A DNA stretch of 64,000 bases, from contig CAZBFN010000007.1 in the NCBI GenBank assembly GCA_964491235.1, positions 54,728-118,727 on the forward strand. Direction: 5' to 3'. This document shows, one piece after another, positions 39,299 to 49,333 of the stretch; the stretch's first letter is position 1; each line of letters opens with the position of its first letter. The notes under the pieces were generated by a model. That model had not been told where the DNA came from and did no database searches. It saw only the letters and a program-made list of their open reading frames with translations. Position numbers and translations under genes: made by a program. The DNA comes from an uncultured Roseburia sp. Lineage in GTDB: Bacteria > Bacillota > Clostridia > Lachnospirales > Lachnospiraceae.

Positions 39299-40000
39299 CT
39301 AACTCTCATAACTTTCAATCCGTCTGCGCAGTTCTAACATCTTGTTATCCACCTTCGCAATGACATCTGAGTAATCCTTGGTCTCACGCTCCACATTAAG
39401 TATCTGTCCTGCGCTCTTCTTGTAGCACATCTGGGTATCTAGCTCCGCCCAGTAGTCCATGGCGAAGGAACGGATCTGTACCTCCACTCGCACCTCACTG
39501 GTATTCTCATTGTAGGTCACAGGGACAGCCACAATGAGATGCACGCTCTGGTAACCACTTTTCTTAGGATTCTTTACATAATCCTTTTCCTTTATAATAC
39601 GAAGATCGCTCTGTCGCCGCAGTGCCTCTGCGACCAGATAGATATCGTCACAGAAGTAACAGACCACTCGGATTCCAGCGATATCATTTAATGTCTCCAC
39701 TGCCACCCGAAAAGTGATTTCCCGCTCCTTTTTAATTAATTTCTTGATAATGCTGTCGGTCGCCTTGATTCGGGACGTCATACTACGGATGACCTGCCGA
39801 TGATTCATTTCCGTCAATTCCGCGTTTATCATCCGAAGTCTTGCCTGCAACAAGTCAATCGCATACTCATAACGGAGTTGAACCATCGGTTCCTCTATCT
39901 GCTCCCTCAACATGTCTTCCATCGACAATTTTTTTGCTCCTGATTGGCTTCCTTTTATGTCTATTCCCTGTTTTGACTTTTTAGAATGTTTCTTTGACAA
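39299..40000 (-). CDS. RelA/SpoT-domain small alarmone synthetase-like protein
   Basis: RIK..S, DIAGIR, GYQSVH and EVQIRS motifs; last motif atypical (WAELDTQMCYK). Confidence 0.85.
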   Translation of the reverse strand: MSKKHSKKSKQGIDIKGSQSGAKKLSMEDMLREQIEEPMVQLRYEYAIDLLQARLRMINAELTEMNHRQVIRSMTSRIKATDSIIKKLIKKEREITFRVAVETLNDIAGIRVVCYFCDDIYLVAEALRRQSDLRIIKEKDYVKNPKKSGYQSVHLIVAVPVTYNENTSEVRVEVQIRSFAMDYWAELDTQMCYKKSAGQILNVERETKDYSDVIAKVDNKMLELRRRIESYES

Positions 40001-40973
40001 GGTTCATACCCTCTTCCCTACAAAATGCAAATATTCTCTCATAAAAATTCCGGCGCACCGTCAAGCCCGCATGAAAAATCTCGTGCTTTGCATCCTGCAT
40101 CACCACCAGCTCTGTATGTCCTGTCTCTCTTGCAAAACGCTCAATGGCTCCATTGTCCACCATGTGATCCCGTCCAGCCTCAAATAATAGAATCGGTATA
40201 TCTATCTTTTCCAGATTGCGTCGTTTCATTAATTTTTTCACTGCCTTAATGCCCGCATGCACCCAAGAAAAGCTTCCGCCATACGTACGATATAGCGGAT
40301 TTTGTAGTCGTTTTTCAAAGATATAATCGTAACGAGCCTCTGATAGACAGCTACTTCCTGCAAAATCTGGTTCTTTTTGAAAGCCCCCCTGCCCCGGCGC
40401 ATAATGGAGTCCGATTCCTAACTTACTGCAAAGCCCAGATATCCCCTCCGCCAGCCATGTAGGATATTTTCCCGTCTGCATGCCACACATCGGAGACGAT
40501 AATATGGCTGCCGAAAATAGCTGTGGATGCTGTTCTAACACCAGCGCAGCCACCGTACCGCCCATAGAATGAGCAAAAAGGATACGCTCTGTCCCTTCTG
40601 GCACCACCACATTTTCCACAAAGCACACAAAGTCACGGACATATTCCTGATAGTCCGTTACATGTACCATCTCTGCATCTGCTGCTCCCCGCTCAGAATA
40701 ACCATGCCCTCTATGCTCCGGTACATAGACCGATATGCCAGCTTGCAGGAAATAATAGATAAATTCGTTATATTTTTCCGCAAATTCGCAGAATCCGTGG
40801 GAGATTACAACGCATTTTTTTGCGTCCTTAAGTCGGTATCTGCTGTAATGGATCGAGGTGCCATCCCCACTCCAAAGGTAACCATCCTCGCAATGTGCTT
40901 TTAGATAAGGCTCTACCTCCTGATGCATCCAGTCCGCAAATCCTTCCTCTGCAAAAAATGCTTTTTCTCTCAC
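39981..40973 (-). CDS. Alpha/beta hydrolase (lysophospholipase PldB-like)
   Basis: HGF.E, GHGYS, AHSMGG and C-terminal HE motifs. Confidence 0.88.
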   Translation of the reverse strand: MREKAFFAEEGFADWMHQEVEPYLKAHCEDGYLWSGDGTSIHYSRYRLKDAKKCVVISHGFCEFAEKYNEFIYYFLQAGISVYVPEHRGHGYSERGAADAEMVHVTDYQEYVRDFVCFVENVVVPEGTERILFAHSMGGTVAALVLEQHPQLFSAAILSSPMCGMQTGKYPTWLAEGISGLCSKLGIGLHYAPGQGGFQKEPDFAGSSCLSEARYDYIFEKRLQNPLYRTYGGSFSWVHAGIKAVKKLMKRRNLEKIDIPILLFEAGRDHMVDNGAIERFARETGHTELVVMQDAKHEIFHAGLTVRRNFYERIFAFCREEGMNLVKETF

Positions 40974-41758
40974 TGTGCCTGCCTCTTAAGTACACGCACC
41001 AGCTCAGGCTCCAGCTCGCCATTGCAATATTCCATTGCAATCAGCTTGCCCAAGTCTGGATAGTTCGTAATCATGGCATCCACGCGCATCTCGCATACTC
41101 TGCGCATGTCCTGCTCCTCATTGACTGTCCAGACATGTACCTTCTTTCCATGTTTTCTGCAATCTCTCATATACCCCGGAAACTGCAGATTGTACAATGC
41201 CGGGTGCATAGCATCCGCCCCCACGACATAGGATGCATAGCTCACCGGATTGATGATTCCGTCGCTGTAAAGCATACCAGTCTTAGCTTCGGAATCTAAT
41301 TCCTTGATCTTTTGTATACTATAATGATTGAAGGAAGAATAAATCACCCTCTCCTCCATGCCCATACGGGCTGTCAGATCCAGCACGCGCTCTTCTAACT
41401 CTGGATAGAAGATTTCCCCCGACTTTAACTCCACATTGACGGTAAGCCCCGTTGGCTTTACTAGAGCATAGACCTCCTCCAAGGTCGGTATCTTGGCATT
41501 GGCATACTCTGGATGTGTCTTGTTATAGTTGTACCGCGCAAGCTTTGCATAGGTAAGATCCTTTACCCAGCCGCTGCCGTCACTGGTACGGTCGATGGTC
41601 TCGTCATGAATGACTACAAGTTCGCCATCCTTTGTGAGCTGAACATCCAGCTCAATTCCGTCAGCCCCCATCTCAATTGCTTTCTCAAACGCCGGCATGG
41701 TATTTTCCGGCGCATAGCCACTGGCACCCCGATGTGCCCAGACTAATGTTCGTTCCAT
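40970..41758 (-). CDS. Glycerophosphodiester phosphodiesterase
   Basis: AHRGASGYAPENT, ELDVQLTKDG and HD motifs. Confidence 0.94.
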   Translation of the reverse strand: MERTLVWAHRGASGYAPENTMPAFEKAIEMGADGIELDVQLTKDGELVVIHDETIDRTSDGSGWVKDLTYAKLARYNYNKTHPEYANAKIPTLEEVYALVKPTGLTVNVELKSGEIFYPELEERVLDLTARMGMEERVIYSSFNHYSIQKIKELDSEAKTGMLYSDGIINPVSYASYVVGADAMHPALYNLQFPGYMRDCRKHGKKVHVWTVNEEQDMRRVCEMRVDAMITNYPDLGKLIAMEYCNGELEPELVRVLKRQAQ

Positions 41759-41882
41759 ATAATTCCCCTCGTTTCTGCGACAGTTCCCTTATCTGCCGCT
41801 GCTGCGAATGCAGCCATACTATTTTACTTATTTTTCTCGTATCCATAGTAAAGAGGAATTGTAAAATGCTTAGGTGTGATTT

Positions 41883-41910
41883 TGTAAAATATGTGTAAGA
41901 TATGTGTATT
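41883..41910 (-). promoter_or_regulatory. Pho box array upstream of the GDPD-hydrolase-SAS-ppk1 operon
   Basis: Plus strand TGTAAA/TGTAAG/TGTATT at 41883/41894/41905 (11-bp period). Confidence 0.6.
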
Positions 41911-41980
41911 AGATTCGTCAAATAATAGATTTGGCGGCTACGCCATCGTGATTTTATGGCGCGCCGCCTTGATTTTGTGA

Positions 41981-43102
41981 CTACACCATTATGGCTACCG
42001 CCACAAGCACTGCCAAGAACAGCAGGTTTGCAACGGTAAACCATAATAGGTAGATACCCTTTGTCTTATTGTAATTGTGAGCATAGATCTTATAAGAAAT
42101 CAAGCTCGCCATAGATGCGATCAGGGTTCCAAGACCACCCAGATTCACGCCCAGAAGCAGCGCCCGATAGTTCTCCGTAAATCCAGACAGCAGAAGTGCC
42201 GCTGGAACATTGCTGATGAACTGACTAGAGAGAATGCCGATGCCAAGCTCCCTGCCTGCCACCAGACTCTGTAAGGTATCCCTCACTACTGGTATATTTC
42301 CCATATTTCCTGTAAATATGAAGAAACTAATAAAAGTCAGCAGTAGACAGTAGTCCACTTTACCAAGCACATCACGATCCATGAAAAACACTACTGCCAG
42401 TACCACCAGCAGAACGATATAATATGGAATCACCCTTGCCACCACCAAGAGGCTCAATACGAACAGAATAAAATATACCAGATTCTTTCTATTGCTTCCC
42501 TCAGATTTTTCATAGGTAAAGGAGCATTCCTCCATGGATATCTTTTGCTTTCTTGCACTCAGCACAAATAAAATAATCAGTAACAATACCCCTGCCGCCA
42601 CGGTATAAGGCAGCATACATAGCATGAACTCTCCCAGTTCCATTCCAGCCAGATTATAAAGGTACAGATTCTGTGGATTTCCAATCGGTGTCAACATACT
42701 TCCCAGATTTGCTGCAATAGTCTGTAATACCAATACCATGACCATGAGTCGCTCCTGATGGCACTTTTGCAGGGTCAACACCGCAAAAGGCACAAAAGTC
42801 AACAGTGCTACATCATTGGTAATGAACATACTAGAAAAGAAGCACAAAAACACCAGCACTCCCACTAGCTGTGCCGTGTCCTTCGTCCGCTTAAGCAGTT
42901 TGATACCAATGGCATCAAATAGCCCACTCTTCTGAAATCCTGCCATAACAATCATCAGGGATAGGAGAATTCCCAACACACGCCAGTCGATATAGTCCAG
43001 ATAAGCTGCACTTGGTGTCACGAACACCGCAGATATCACCGCCAGTATGGTAGCGATCACCAGTACCGTTTCTTTTTTTATAAAATCAATTATCTTTTGC
43101 AA
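41981..43102 (-). CDS. SLC13/ArsB-NhaD (citrate transporter-like) permease
   Basis: ITND, GSMLTPIGNPQN, SNVP and GGLGTLIASMAS motifs. Confidence 0.85.
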   Translation of the reverse strand: MQKIIDFIKKETVLVIATILAVISAVFVTPSAAYLDYIDWRVLGILLSLMIVMAGFQKSGLFDAIGIKLLKRTKDTAQLVGVLVFLCFFSSMFITNDVALLTFVPFAVLTLQKCHQERLMVMVLVLQTIAANLGSMLTPIGNPQNLYLYNLAGMELGEFMLCMLPYTVAAGVLLLIILFVLSARKQKISMEECSFTYEKSEGSNRKNLVYFILFVLSLLVVARVIPYYIVLLVVLAVVFFMDRDVLGKVDYCLLLTFISFFIFTGNMGNIPVVRDTLQSLVAGRELGIGILSSQFISNVPAALLLSGFTENYRALLLGVNLGGLGTLIASMASLISYKIYAHNYNKTKGIYLLWFTVANLLFLAVLVAVAIMV

Positions 43103-43243
43103 TCTTTTTCCGCCTGCCTTTTTCCAATTTCCGTCTCTTATTCTAATTTCTTTTTTCTCACTTGTACAGGAATTTTTTTCAAAAAGTTTCGCATACTATT
43201 GCTATATCAACTTTGCGCGGATCGCGCGGAAATAGAGGTACTT

Positions 43244-44332
43244 ATGAACGAAACCATCCTACCCATTACAAATGAACATGGTTATTTTGAGATACGATTG
43301 GAGAGCATCGGCGGTCTAGGCGCGAATCTCTGTGGAAAAATGCTAGGAGAATTGGGCGCCCTTGCCCTCTCCTTAAATTCCTTAAGCTTCTCCAGCTACG
43401 GTTCCGAGAAGCGAGGTTCACCCGTCAAAGCATATATCCGCTGGTGCGAGAACGCAAAACCCCTGCGCATCAACAGCCCCGTGACCCAGCCACATATCTT
43501 AGGCATTTTTCATGCAGGGCTCATTGGCACTTATCCTGTACTGGACGGTGTGTCCCCCGACACTAAGATCATATTAAATACTTCCCTCTCGGCAGACGAA
43601 GCCGCGGAGAAGTATGGCATTTCTATGGGAGAATTGTACTGTTTGGATGCCCTTGCCATCGCTATGGAGTGTAAATCCCGCATCAACATGGTCATGCTGG
43701 GAGCTATCGCAAAGGCCTCCGGCTTTATTCCCCTTGAAGCGACAGAGCAGCTCTGTCAGGACACCATCGGCAAAAAATATCCCGCTCTGATTGAAGCGAA
43801 CCTAAAAGGTCTGCAACAGGGCTTTTGCCTGCTAGAGAAGACTTCCGCAGAGCGAAACCTAGAGCCGATTCCTGTGGGCAGGAAGGAAAGCTTCGTCTGG
43901 GGCTACGACACTGCGCCCATCGGGGGCATCAATCCCCGTATCGGCAGCACTGTTTCCAACGACCTCTCCCCTTCAAGGGAGGGTTATATTCCGCTCTTCA
44001 TTCCAGAAAAATGCATTAATTGCGGTCTGTGCGACTCCACCTGCCCGGATATGGTATTTCAGTTCGCACCGGGTATCTACAAGGAGAAGAAATGCATGGT
44101 AAATAACGGTCTGGACTATTACCATTGCAAGGGCTGTCTGCGTTGCGTGGAGGTCTGCCCTACCAATGCTCTGGTCACCGCCTTAGAAAAGGATTACACG
44201 AAAAAACCTCACTTTATGCCAAACCAACACCTGCTGCCGGATTCCATCAAGTATCAGGAGGTAGGCTCTAATTCCTACATCAACAGTGACTCCTATATGG
44301 ATGAAAAGCGTGTAGATGGCGGTGTTGTATAG
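43244..44332 (+). CDS. 2-oxoacid:ferredoxin oxidoreductase gamma-delta fusion subunit
   Basis: IRLESIGGLG and SE.RGSPV motifs; two CxxCxxCxxxCP motifs; start MNETI with RBS GAGG. Confidence 0.88.
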   Translation: MNETILPITNEHGYFEIRLESIGGLGANLCGKMLGELGALALSLNSLSFSSYGSEKRGSPVKAYIRWCENAKPLRINSPVTQPHILGIFHAGLIGTYPVLDGVSPDTKIILNTSLSADEAAEKYGISMGELYCLDALAIAMECKSRINMVMLGAIAKASGFIPLEATEQLCQDTIGKKYPALIEANLKGLQQGFCLLEKTSAERNLEPIPVGRKESFVWGYDTAPIGGINPRIGSTVSNDLSPSREGYIPLFIPEKCINCGLCDSTCPDMVFQFAPGIYKEKKCMVNNGLDYYHCKGCLRCVEVCPTNALVTALEKDYTKKPHFMPNQHLLPDSIKYQEVGSNSYINSDSYMDEKRVDGGVV

Positions 44333-44397
44333 AAAACAAGAAAACGCGCGGATGGCTGGCACAGACGGTGCAGCCAATGGAAAGGTTAATATAGATT

Positions 44398-46791
44398 ATG
44401 GAAGAACAGAAAATTATGTATGACAGCGGCAATGAGCTTGCAGCCTACGCCGCCAAACAGATCAATTATCACGTGATGGGCTATTATCCGATCACTCCCT
44501 CCACGCAGATCGCGGAAAATCTGGATACCATGCGGGCAGAGGGCGAGCACGATATCGCCCTAATCGCCGCTGAGGGAGAACACAGCGCTGCCGGCATCTG
44601 CTACGGTGCCACGGCTGCTGGGGGCAGAGTCTTCAACGCCACCAGTGCCAACGGACTGCTCTATGCCCTAGAGCAGTTCCCAGTGCAGTCTGGCACTCGG
44701 ATGCCTATGGTCATGAACGTGGCATGCCGTACCATCTCAGGCCCTCTGTGTATCAAAGGCGATCACAGTGACATTATGTATATGCTAAATACCGGATGGA
44801 TCATCCTCTTTGCAGATGAACCCCAGAAGGTCTATGACTTTAATCTCCTTGCACTAAAACTCGCCGAGGCGGTAAGCCTCCCTGTGGTGGTGGCATTTGA
44901 TGGATTTTTTACCAGTCACCAGAAGCGCAAATGCTTTGTCTTTTCTAATGATGAAGTGGTGAAAAAATACATTGGTCCCAAACTCTCCAGCGACACCTTT
45001 GGCACCTCCGCCTTCGCCAAGGACAGCGCCACCGGAGAAAACTGCTTTTACAGTGTGTTAGATTTAGAGCACCCAGTCTCCATCGGCTCCTATATGAATG
45101 AACCGGATGTCATCAACAACCGTTACCAGCTCCATCTTGCCATGGAGGAAGCCAAAAAGCGGCTGCCCGATCTCTTTACAGAATACGAGCAGCTCTCCGG
45201 TCGTCCCCTCTCCTGCTGCTATGGCTATCAGTATGAGGATGCGGATGTACTTCTCTTTGTGCTGGGCTCCTCCTACCACACCGCCATGGAAGCGGTGGAC
45301 TTCCTGCGAAAAGAAAACGTAAAGGCAGGTGTCATCACCCTCTACGTGCTGCGCCCCTTCCCTACGGAGGAGCTACGGAAGCTCTGCAAAAACGCCAAGG
45401 TCATCATCGTGGCTGACCGTCAGGACAGCTACGGTGCTGGCGGCGGCAATATGTCCCTTGAGGTTAAAGCTGCATTGCAAGGCTCTTCTTCGGAGAACAC
45501 TGCATCCTCCCCACAGGAAAGTTCCATGTCAGAAACCACTGCCCCAAAAATTCTCAGCAGAATCTACGGCTTAGGCGGCAAGGATTTCTTCCTAGAGGAT
45601 GCGATTGCACTGTTCCGGGAAGGTCTGGAACCAAATGCAAAGGAATTTGATTATTACGGTGTTACTATGGGCACGGCGACTTCCCCCAAAGACGCAAATT
45701 CCCAGAACAGCGATGCTGGCGCGGACTCCCAAAACAGTGGAAGAATGCAGCCCCAATACTTTAAACCGATTACCACCGAGGAATCCTGCAAGGGCATCAC
45801 CACCTGTGTCTTTGATGAAGATACCGGGAAAATGGTGGTAAAGGGCGGTATGTTAAAGGATGCCACTGGCATGCCAATGCGTATTGCTCCCGGTCATGGC
45901 GCCTGCCCTGGCTGTGGTATCCCTGTCAACCTGAACCTGATGCTAAAGGGTATTGAGGGCAATGTGGTAATTTTATTCCAGACAGGCTGCGGCATGGTGG
46001 TGACCACTGGCTACCCTAAGACCGCCTTCCGTATTCCCTACCTGCACAACCTCTTTCAGAACGGTGCCGCCACCTTAAGTGGCGTAGTGGAGGTATTTCA
46101 CCAAAAGCAGAAGCGTGGAGAATACCCACAGGGTGATATCACCTTCCTTATGGTAAGCGGAGATGGCGGCATGGATATCGGCATGGGCTCTGCCCTTGGC
46201 ACGGCTCTTCGGGGACACAAGCTCATTATTTTTGAATATGACAATGGCGGCTATATGAATACCGGCTATCAGTTGTCCTACTCCACGCCAATGGGTGCTA
46301 AGAGTTCCACCTCCCATGTGGGAAAGGCGCAGTACGGCAAGACCTTCTTCCACAAGGATACACCGGAGCTGATGGCGGCGACTCATATCCCTTATGTTGC
46401 CACCGTAGCCGAGTCCAATCCGGCGGATTTTATCAAAAAGGCTGCAAAGGCTGCTGCCTATTCCAGAGAATTTGGCACTGCCTATGTAAAGGCTCTCTCT
46501 GCATGCCCACTGAATTGGAATGACAAACCCAACCTGGAACGAAGCGTGATTGCTGCCGCTGTTGACTGTTGTTATTTCCCTCTTTATGAAATAGAACGCG
46601 GAATAACAGCACTAAATTATGACCCAATTGCACAGAAAAAGCAGATTCCTGTCACCGACTGGCTTGGAATGATGGGACGCACCAAACATTTGCTAAAAGA
46701 CGAGTACTACCCTATCGTGGAGGAACTTCAGACAGAGATAGACCGCAGATTCGCAAGACTCTGCGCCAGAGCGGAGCATCCGCTACTATAA
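44398..46791 (+). CDS. 2-oxoacid (probably pyruvate):ferredoxin oxidoreductase alpha-beta fusion subunit
   Basis: YPITPS, EGEH, GHGACPGCG, GDGG and YMNTG motifs. Confidence 0.9.
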   Translation: MEEQKIMYDSGNELAAYAAKQINYHVMGYYPITPSTQIAENLDTMRAEGEHDIALIAAEGEHSAAGICYGATAAGGRVFNATSANGLLYALEQFPVQSGTRMPMVMNVACRTISGPLCIKGDHSDIMYMLNTGWIILFADEPQKVYDFNLLALKLAEAVSLPVVVAFDGFFTSHQKRKCFVFSNDEVVKKYIGPKLSSDTFGTSAFAKDSATGENCFYSVLDLEHPVSIGSYMNEPDVINNRYQLHLAMEEAKKRLPDLFTEYEQLSGRPLSCCYGYQYEDADVLLFVLGSSYHTAMEAVDFLRKENVKAGVITLYVLRPFPTEELRKLCKNAKVIIVADRQDSYGAGGGNMSLEVKAALQGSSSENTASSPQESSMSETTAPKILSRIYGLGGKDFFLEDAIALFREGLEPNAKEFDYYGVTMGTATSPKDANSQNSDAGADSQNSGRMQPQYFKPITTEESCKGITTCVFDEDTGKMVVKGGMLKDATGMPMRIAPGHGACPGCGIPVNLNLMLKGIEGNVVILFQTGCGMVVTTGYPKTAFRIPYLHNLFQNGAATLSGVVEVFHQKQKRGEYPQGDITFLMVSGDGGMDIGMGSALGTALRGHKLIIFEYDNGGYMNTGYQLSYSTPMGAKSSTSHVGKAQYGKTFFHKDTPELMAATHIPYVATVAESNPADFIKKAAKAAAYSREFGTAYVKALSACPLNWNDKPNLERSVIAAAVDCCYFPLYEIERGITALNYDPIAQKKQIPVTDWLGMMGRTKHLLKDEYYPIVEELQTEIDRRFARLCARAEHPLL

Positions 46792-46830
46792 TGAATCACA
46801 ACATCAATTGATTAAAAAGGAGTTTACGAT

Positions 46831-47451
46831 ATGCCAATAGATTTTAAAGATAGTGTTACCAAGGAAAATCTCATGCGTGCCTTTGCTGGCGAGAGTCAGG
46901 CTCGAAACCGCTATACCATCGCCGCCGGCGTTGCCAAAAAACAGAATCTAAGCGTCATTCAGGCTGTTTTTTCCTTTACCGCCGATCAGGAAAAGGAACA
47001 CGCCGAGATTTTTTACAACCATCTCGCAGAGCTTAGCGGCGAAAATATTCACATTGATGGCGCTTATCCCATTGATATCAGTCAGGATGTCGCCAAGCTT
47101 CTCCGCTTCGCACAGCACAATGAGTACGAGGAACACGACGACGTGTATCTGAATTTTGCAGAAAAGGCAAGAGAGGAGGGTTTTTCCATGGTAGCTGGCT
47201 CTTTTCAGATGATTGCCCAGATCGAAAAGACCCACGGAGACCGATTTGGACTCTTCGCAGATTTGATCGAGCAGAACAAGCTCTTCGTGTCTGATGTAGA
47301 AACCGCCTGGATGTGCCTAGAGTGTGGCAATATTTACCGCGGAACCTCTGTCCCAGAGGAGTGCCCTGTCTGCCATCACGACCGTGGCTACTTTATCCGC
47401 TTGGAACTGGCTCCCTACACCGGAGTTCTGCCGGGACTTGGAAAGGCATAG
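46831..47451 (+). CDS. rbr: Rubrerythrin
   Basis: AGESQARNRY, EKEH, EKTH and C-terminal CLECG...CPVC motifs. Confidence 0.93.
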   Translation: MPIDFKDSVTKENLMRAFAGESQARNRYTIAAGVAKKQNLSVIQAVFSFTADQEKEHAEIFYNHLAELSGENIHIDGAYPIDISQDVAKLLRFAQHNEYEEHDDVYLNFAEKAREEGFSMVAGSFQMIAQIEKTHGDRFGLFADLIEQNKLFVSDVETAWMCLECGNIYRGTSVPEECPVCHHDRGYFIRLELAPYTGVLPGLGKA

Positions 47452-47454
47452 CAA

Positions 47455-47496
47455 TAAAGAACCCGGATGGAGAAAATCCACCCGGGTCTATTTTAC
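47455..47496. terminator. Intrinsic terminator between convergent genes
   Basis: GAACCCGGATGG-loop-CCACCCGGGTCTATTTT. Confidence 0.65.
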
Positions 47497-48338
47497 TGAT
47501 ACAATATTTCGTTCTTACACTGTTCCAATTTATTTAAGGTTCCCTGCTGATTATAGCGGTTGACCGTCACAACTATCTCATATCCAGATTCCCGTTCCTT
47601 TCCAATCATCAGTTCTTCGTTGGTATTATAGATCAATTCCGGCTGAATGACCGTCATGGTACACTGCATTCCCATCAACACACCCTCTGCATTGATCTGA
47701 TAGGTAACGGCAATGTCTTTCTGTCTGGTTCTCATATACTGTTCCATCGTCATGACCATTTCATTGGTCTGGGCTTCTTCTCCAGCCATCTTCATGTAAT
47801 CCTGATATGCCTGCTCCACAGTATCCTTACGGCTTTCGTTCTGCTCATCTATATATTCCGGTGTGAAAACAAAGGAAAGTGTCTGCCCTGCTTCATCCTC
47901 AATGCGCGTAAGCTCCAAGATATCTTCATCCTCATAGGGAATCGAAAGAATCTGATCCATATAAGGAGCATCTACGCTCTTGGTGGTTTGCAGCTCCCAT
48001 TCCCCTGTCCACTCAATATAGTTATAAACACGAACTCCATCACAGAACTGCTTCAAATACAGTCTTCTACCATCCTCATCAATCTTATAGTGCTCACTGA
48101 TCCAGCATCCGCTAAGCTGATCGGACCATACGGTAATCTCATCTCCCGTCACCGTACCTGCACTCCTTACCGTGGTCACATAAGAATATTCCAGATTATC
48201 CACCCGCTTCAACTCCCGCATAGAAGTTTGTAGCATTCCCAGTTCTGCACTCTGCGGATTATCCCACAGGATAGCCGCCGTGATAAGTCCCACCACAAAA
48301 ATAGCTAATATCATTGCATGGGCATTCTTTTTTTCCAT
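47493..48338 (-). CDS. Hypothetical exported/membrane-anchored protein
   Basis: N-terminal hydrophobic helix followed by an acidic beta-rich domain. Confidence 0.65.
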   Translation of the reverse strand: MEKKNAHAMILAIFVVGLITAAILWDNPQSAELGMLQTSMRELKRVDNLEYSYVTTVRSAGTVTGDEITVWSDQLSGCWISEHYKIDEDGRRLYLKQFCDGVRVYNYIEWTGEWELQTTKSVDAPYMDQILSIPYEDEDILELTRIEDEAGQTLSFVFTPEYIDEQNESRKDTVEQAYQDYMKMAGEEAQTNEMVMTMEQYMRTRQKDIAVTYQINAEGVLMGMQCTMTVIQPELIYNTNEELMIGKERESGYEIVVTVNRYNQQGTLNKLEQCKNEILYQ

Positions 48339-48356
48339 GGAACGCGTCCTCCATTC

Positions 48357-49175
48357 TTATATCAGTCCAAGCCTTTCAAATGCATGATATAGTCCATCTT
48401 CTCCGATTGCATCTGTCACCATATCTGCCCGCTGCTTTACATCCTCTCTGGCATTGCCCATGGCAACTCCAATTCCTGCGTACTCCATCATCTGAAGATC
48501 ATTTGGACCATCTCCCAATGCGATACTGTCCTCCCGCTTGATGCCCACATGATTCAGATATATCTCCATACCGGTGGACTTATTGATACCATTGATACCA
48601 ATCTCTCCCGCGTATTCATCCATTCCATCTAAGCTGATTGCCACTGCATCGAAGTAAGGCTCTAGATCCACATGTACCTTCTCCACGTTAAAAGGTGCCG
48701 CCTGATAAATAATCTTCTCATTTCGCTCATTCTTCCATGGCTCTTCTGTCAGATGCACTTCGCCTGTCATTCGTTGCAACTGGGTCTCATCCATTCCCAT
48801 GCTGCGGTACTCCTCCACCATGCCATCACAGCTTCGCTGATTGATGACAATTCCATCGTCCGCCTGATAAAAATACAAAAATCCATTGCTCTCAAGATAT
48901 TCGTAACTGCTCTTACGATGCTCCTCATCTATGTATGCATGGTAAATCTCTTCTCCATCTGCCACAACAAATGCGCCTGCTGCCCCGACAATTCCTGAAA
49001 ATCCCATTTCCATCAGCTCATCATACATCTGAAAACGGCTCCTGCCACTGCAGATCACCATCTTATGTCCATTTGCCTTCGCTCTGGCGATCGCTTCCTT
49101 TGTGGAGGCAGGAATCTTGCCATCCGAGTCCACCATAGTCCCGTCAATATCCAAAAATACTACCTTCTGATTCAT
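48357..49175 (-). CDS. Cof-type HAD hydrolase
   Basis: DIDGT, SGR, K and GDGPND motifs. Confidence 0.95.
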   Translation of the reverse strand: MNQKVVFLDIDGTMVDSDGKIPASTKEAIARAKANGHKMVICSGRSRFQMYDELMEMGFSGIVGAAGAFVVADGEEIYHAYIDEEHRKSSYEYLESNGFLYFYQADDGIVINQRSCDGMVEEYRSMGMDETQLQRMTGEVHLTEEPWKNERNEKIIYQAAPFNVEKVHVDLEPYFDAVAISLDGMDEYAGEIGINGINKSTGMEIYLNHVGIKREDSIALGDGPNDLQMMEYAGIGVAMGNAREDVKQRADMVTDAIGEDGLYHAFERLGLI

Positions 49176-49333
49176 ATGTTACTTCTTTCTAAGCTTACAT
49201 TCTGTCATCTGTGTTCTCTATGATTGATTATACCCGATTTTTCCCCACTATACCACTAGATTTCAAAAACAACCAAAAAGTCACTATGAAATATCTCTAC
49301 TTCATAGTGACTTCTATTTACTGACAAATTATC

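Noticed and set aside
43097-43243. N-terminal extensions in the ORF track (also at MMPL, metG, LytTR, ECF sigma, tyrS, lipoprotein and the group-5 sigma)
   Set aside because: They run through promoters, leaders or neighbouring genes; a downstream start with a clear RBS fits better.
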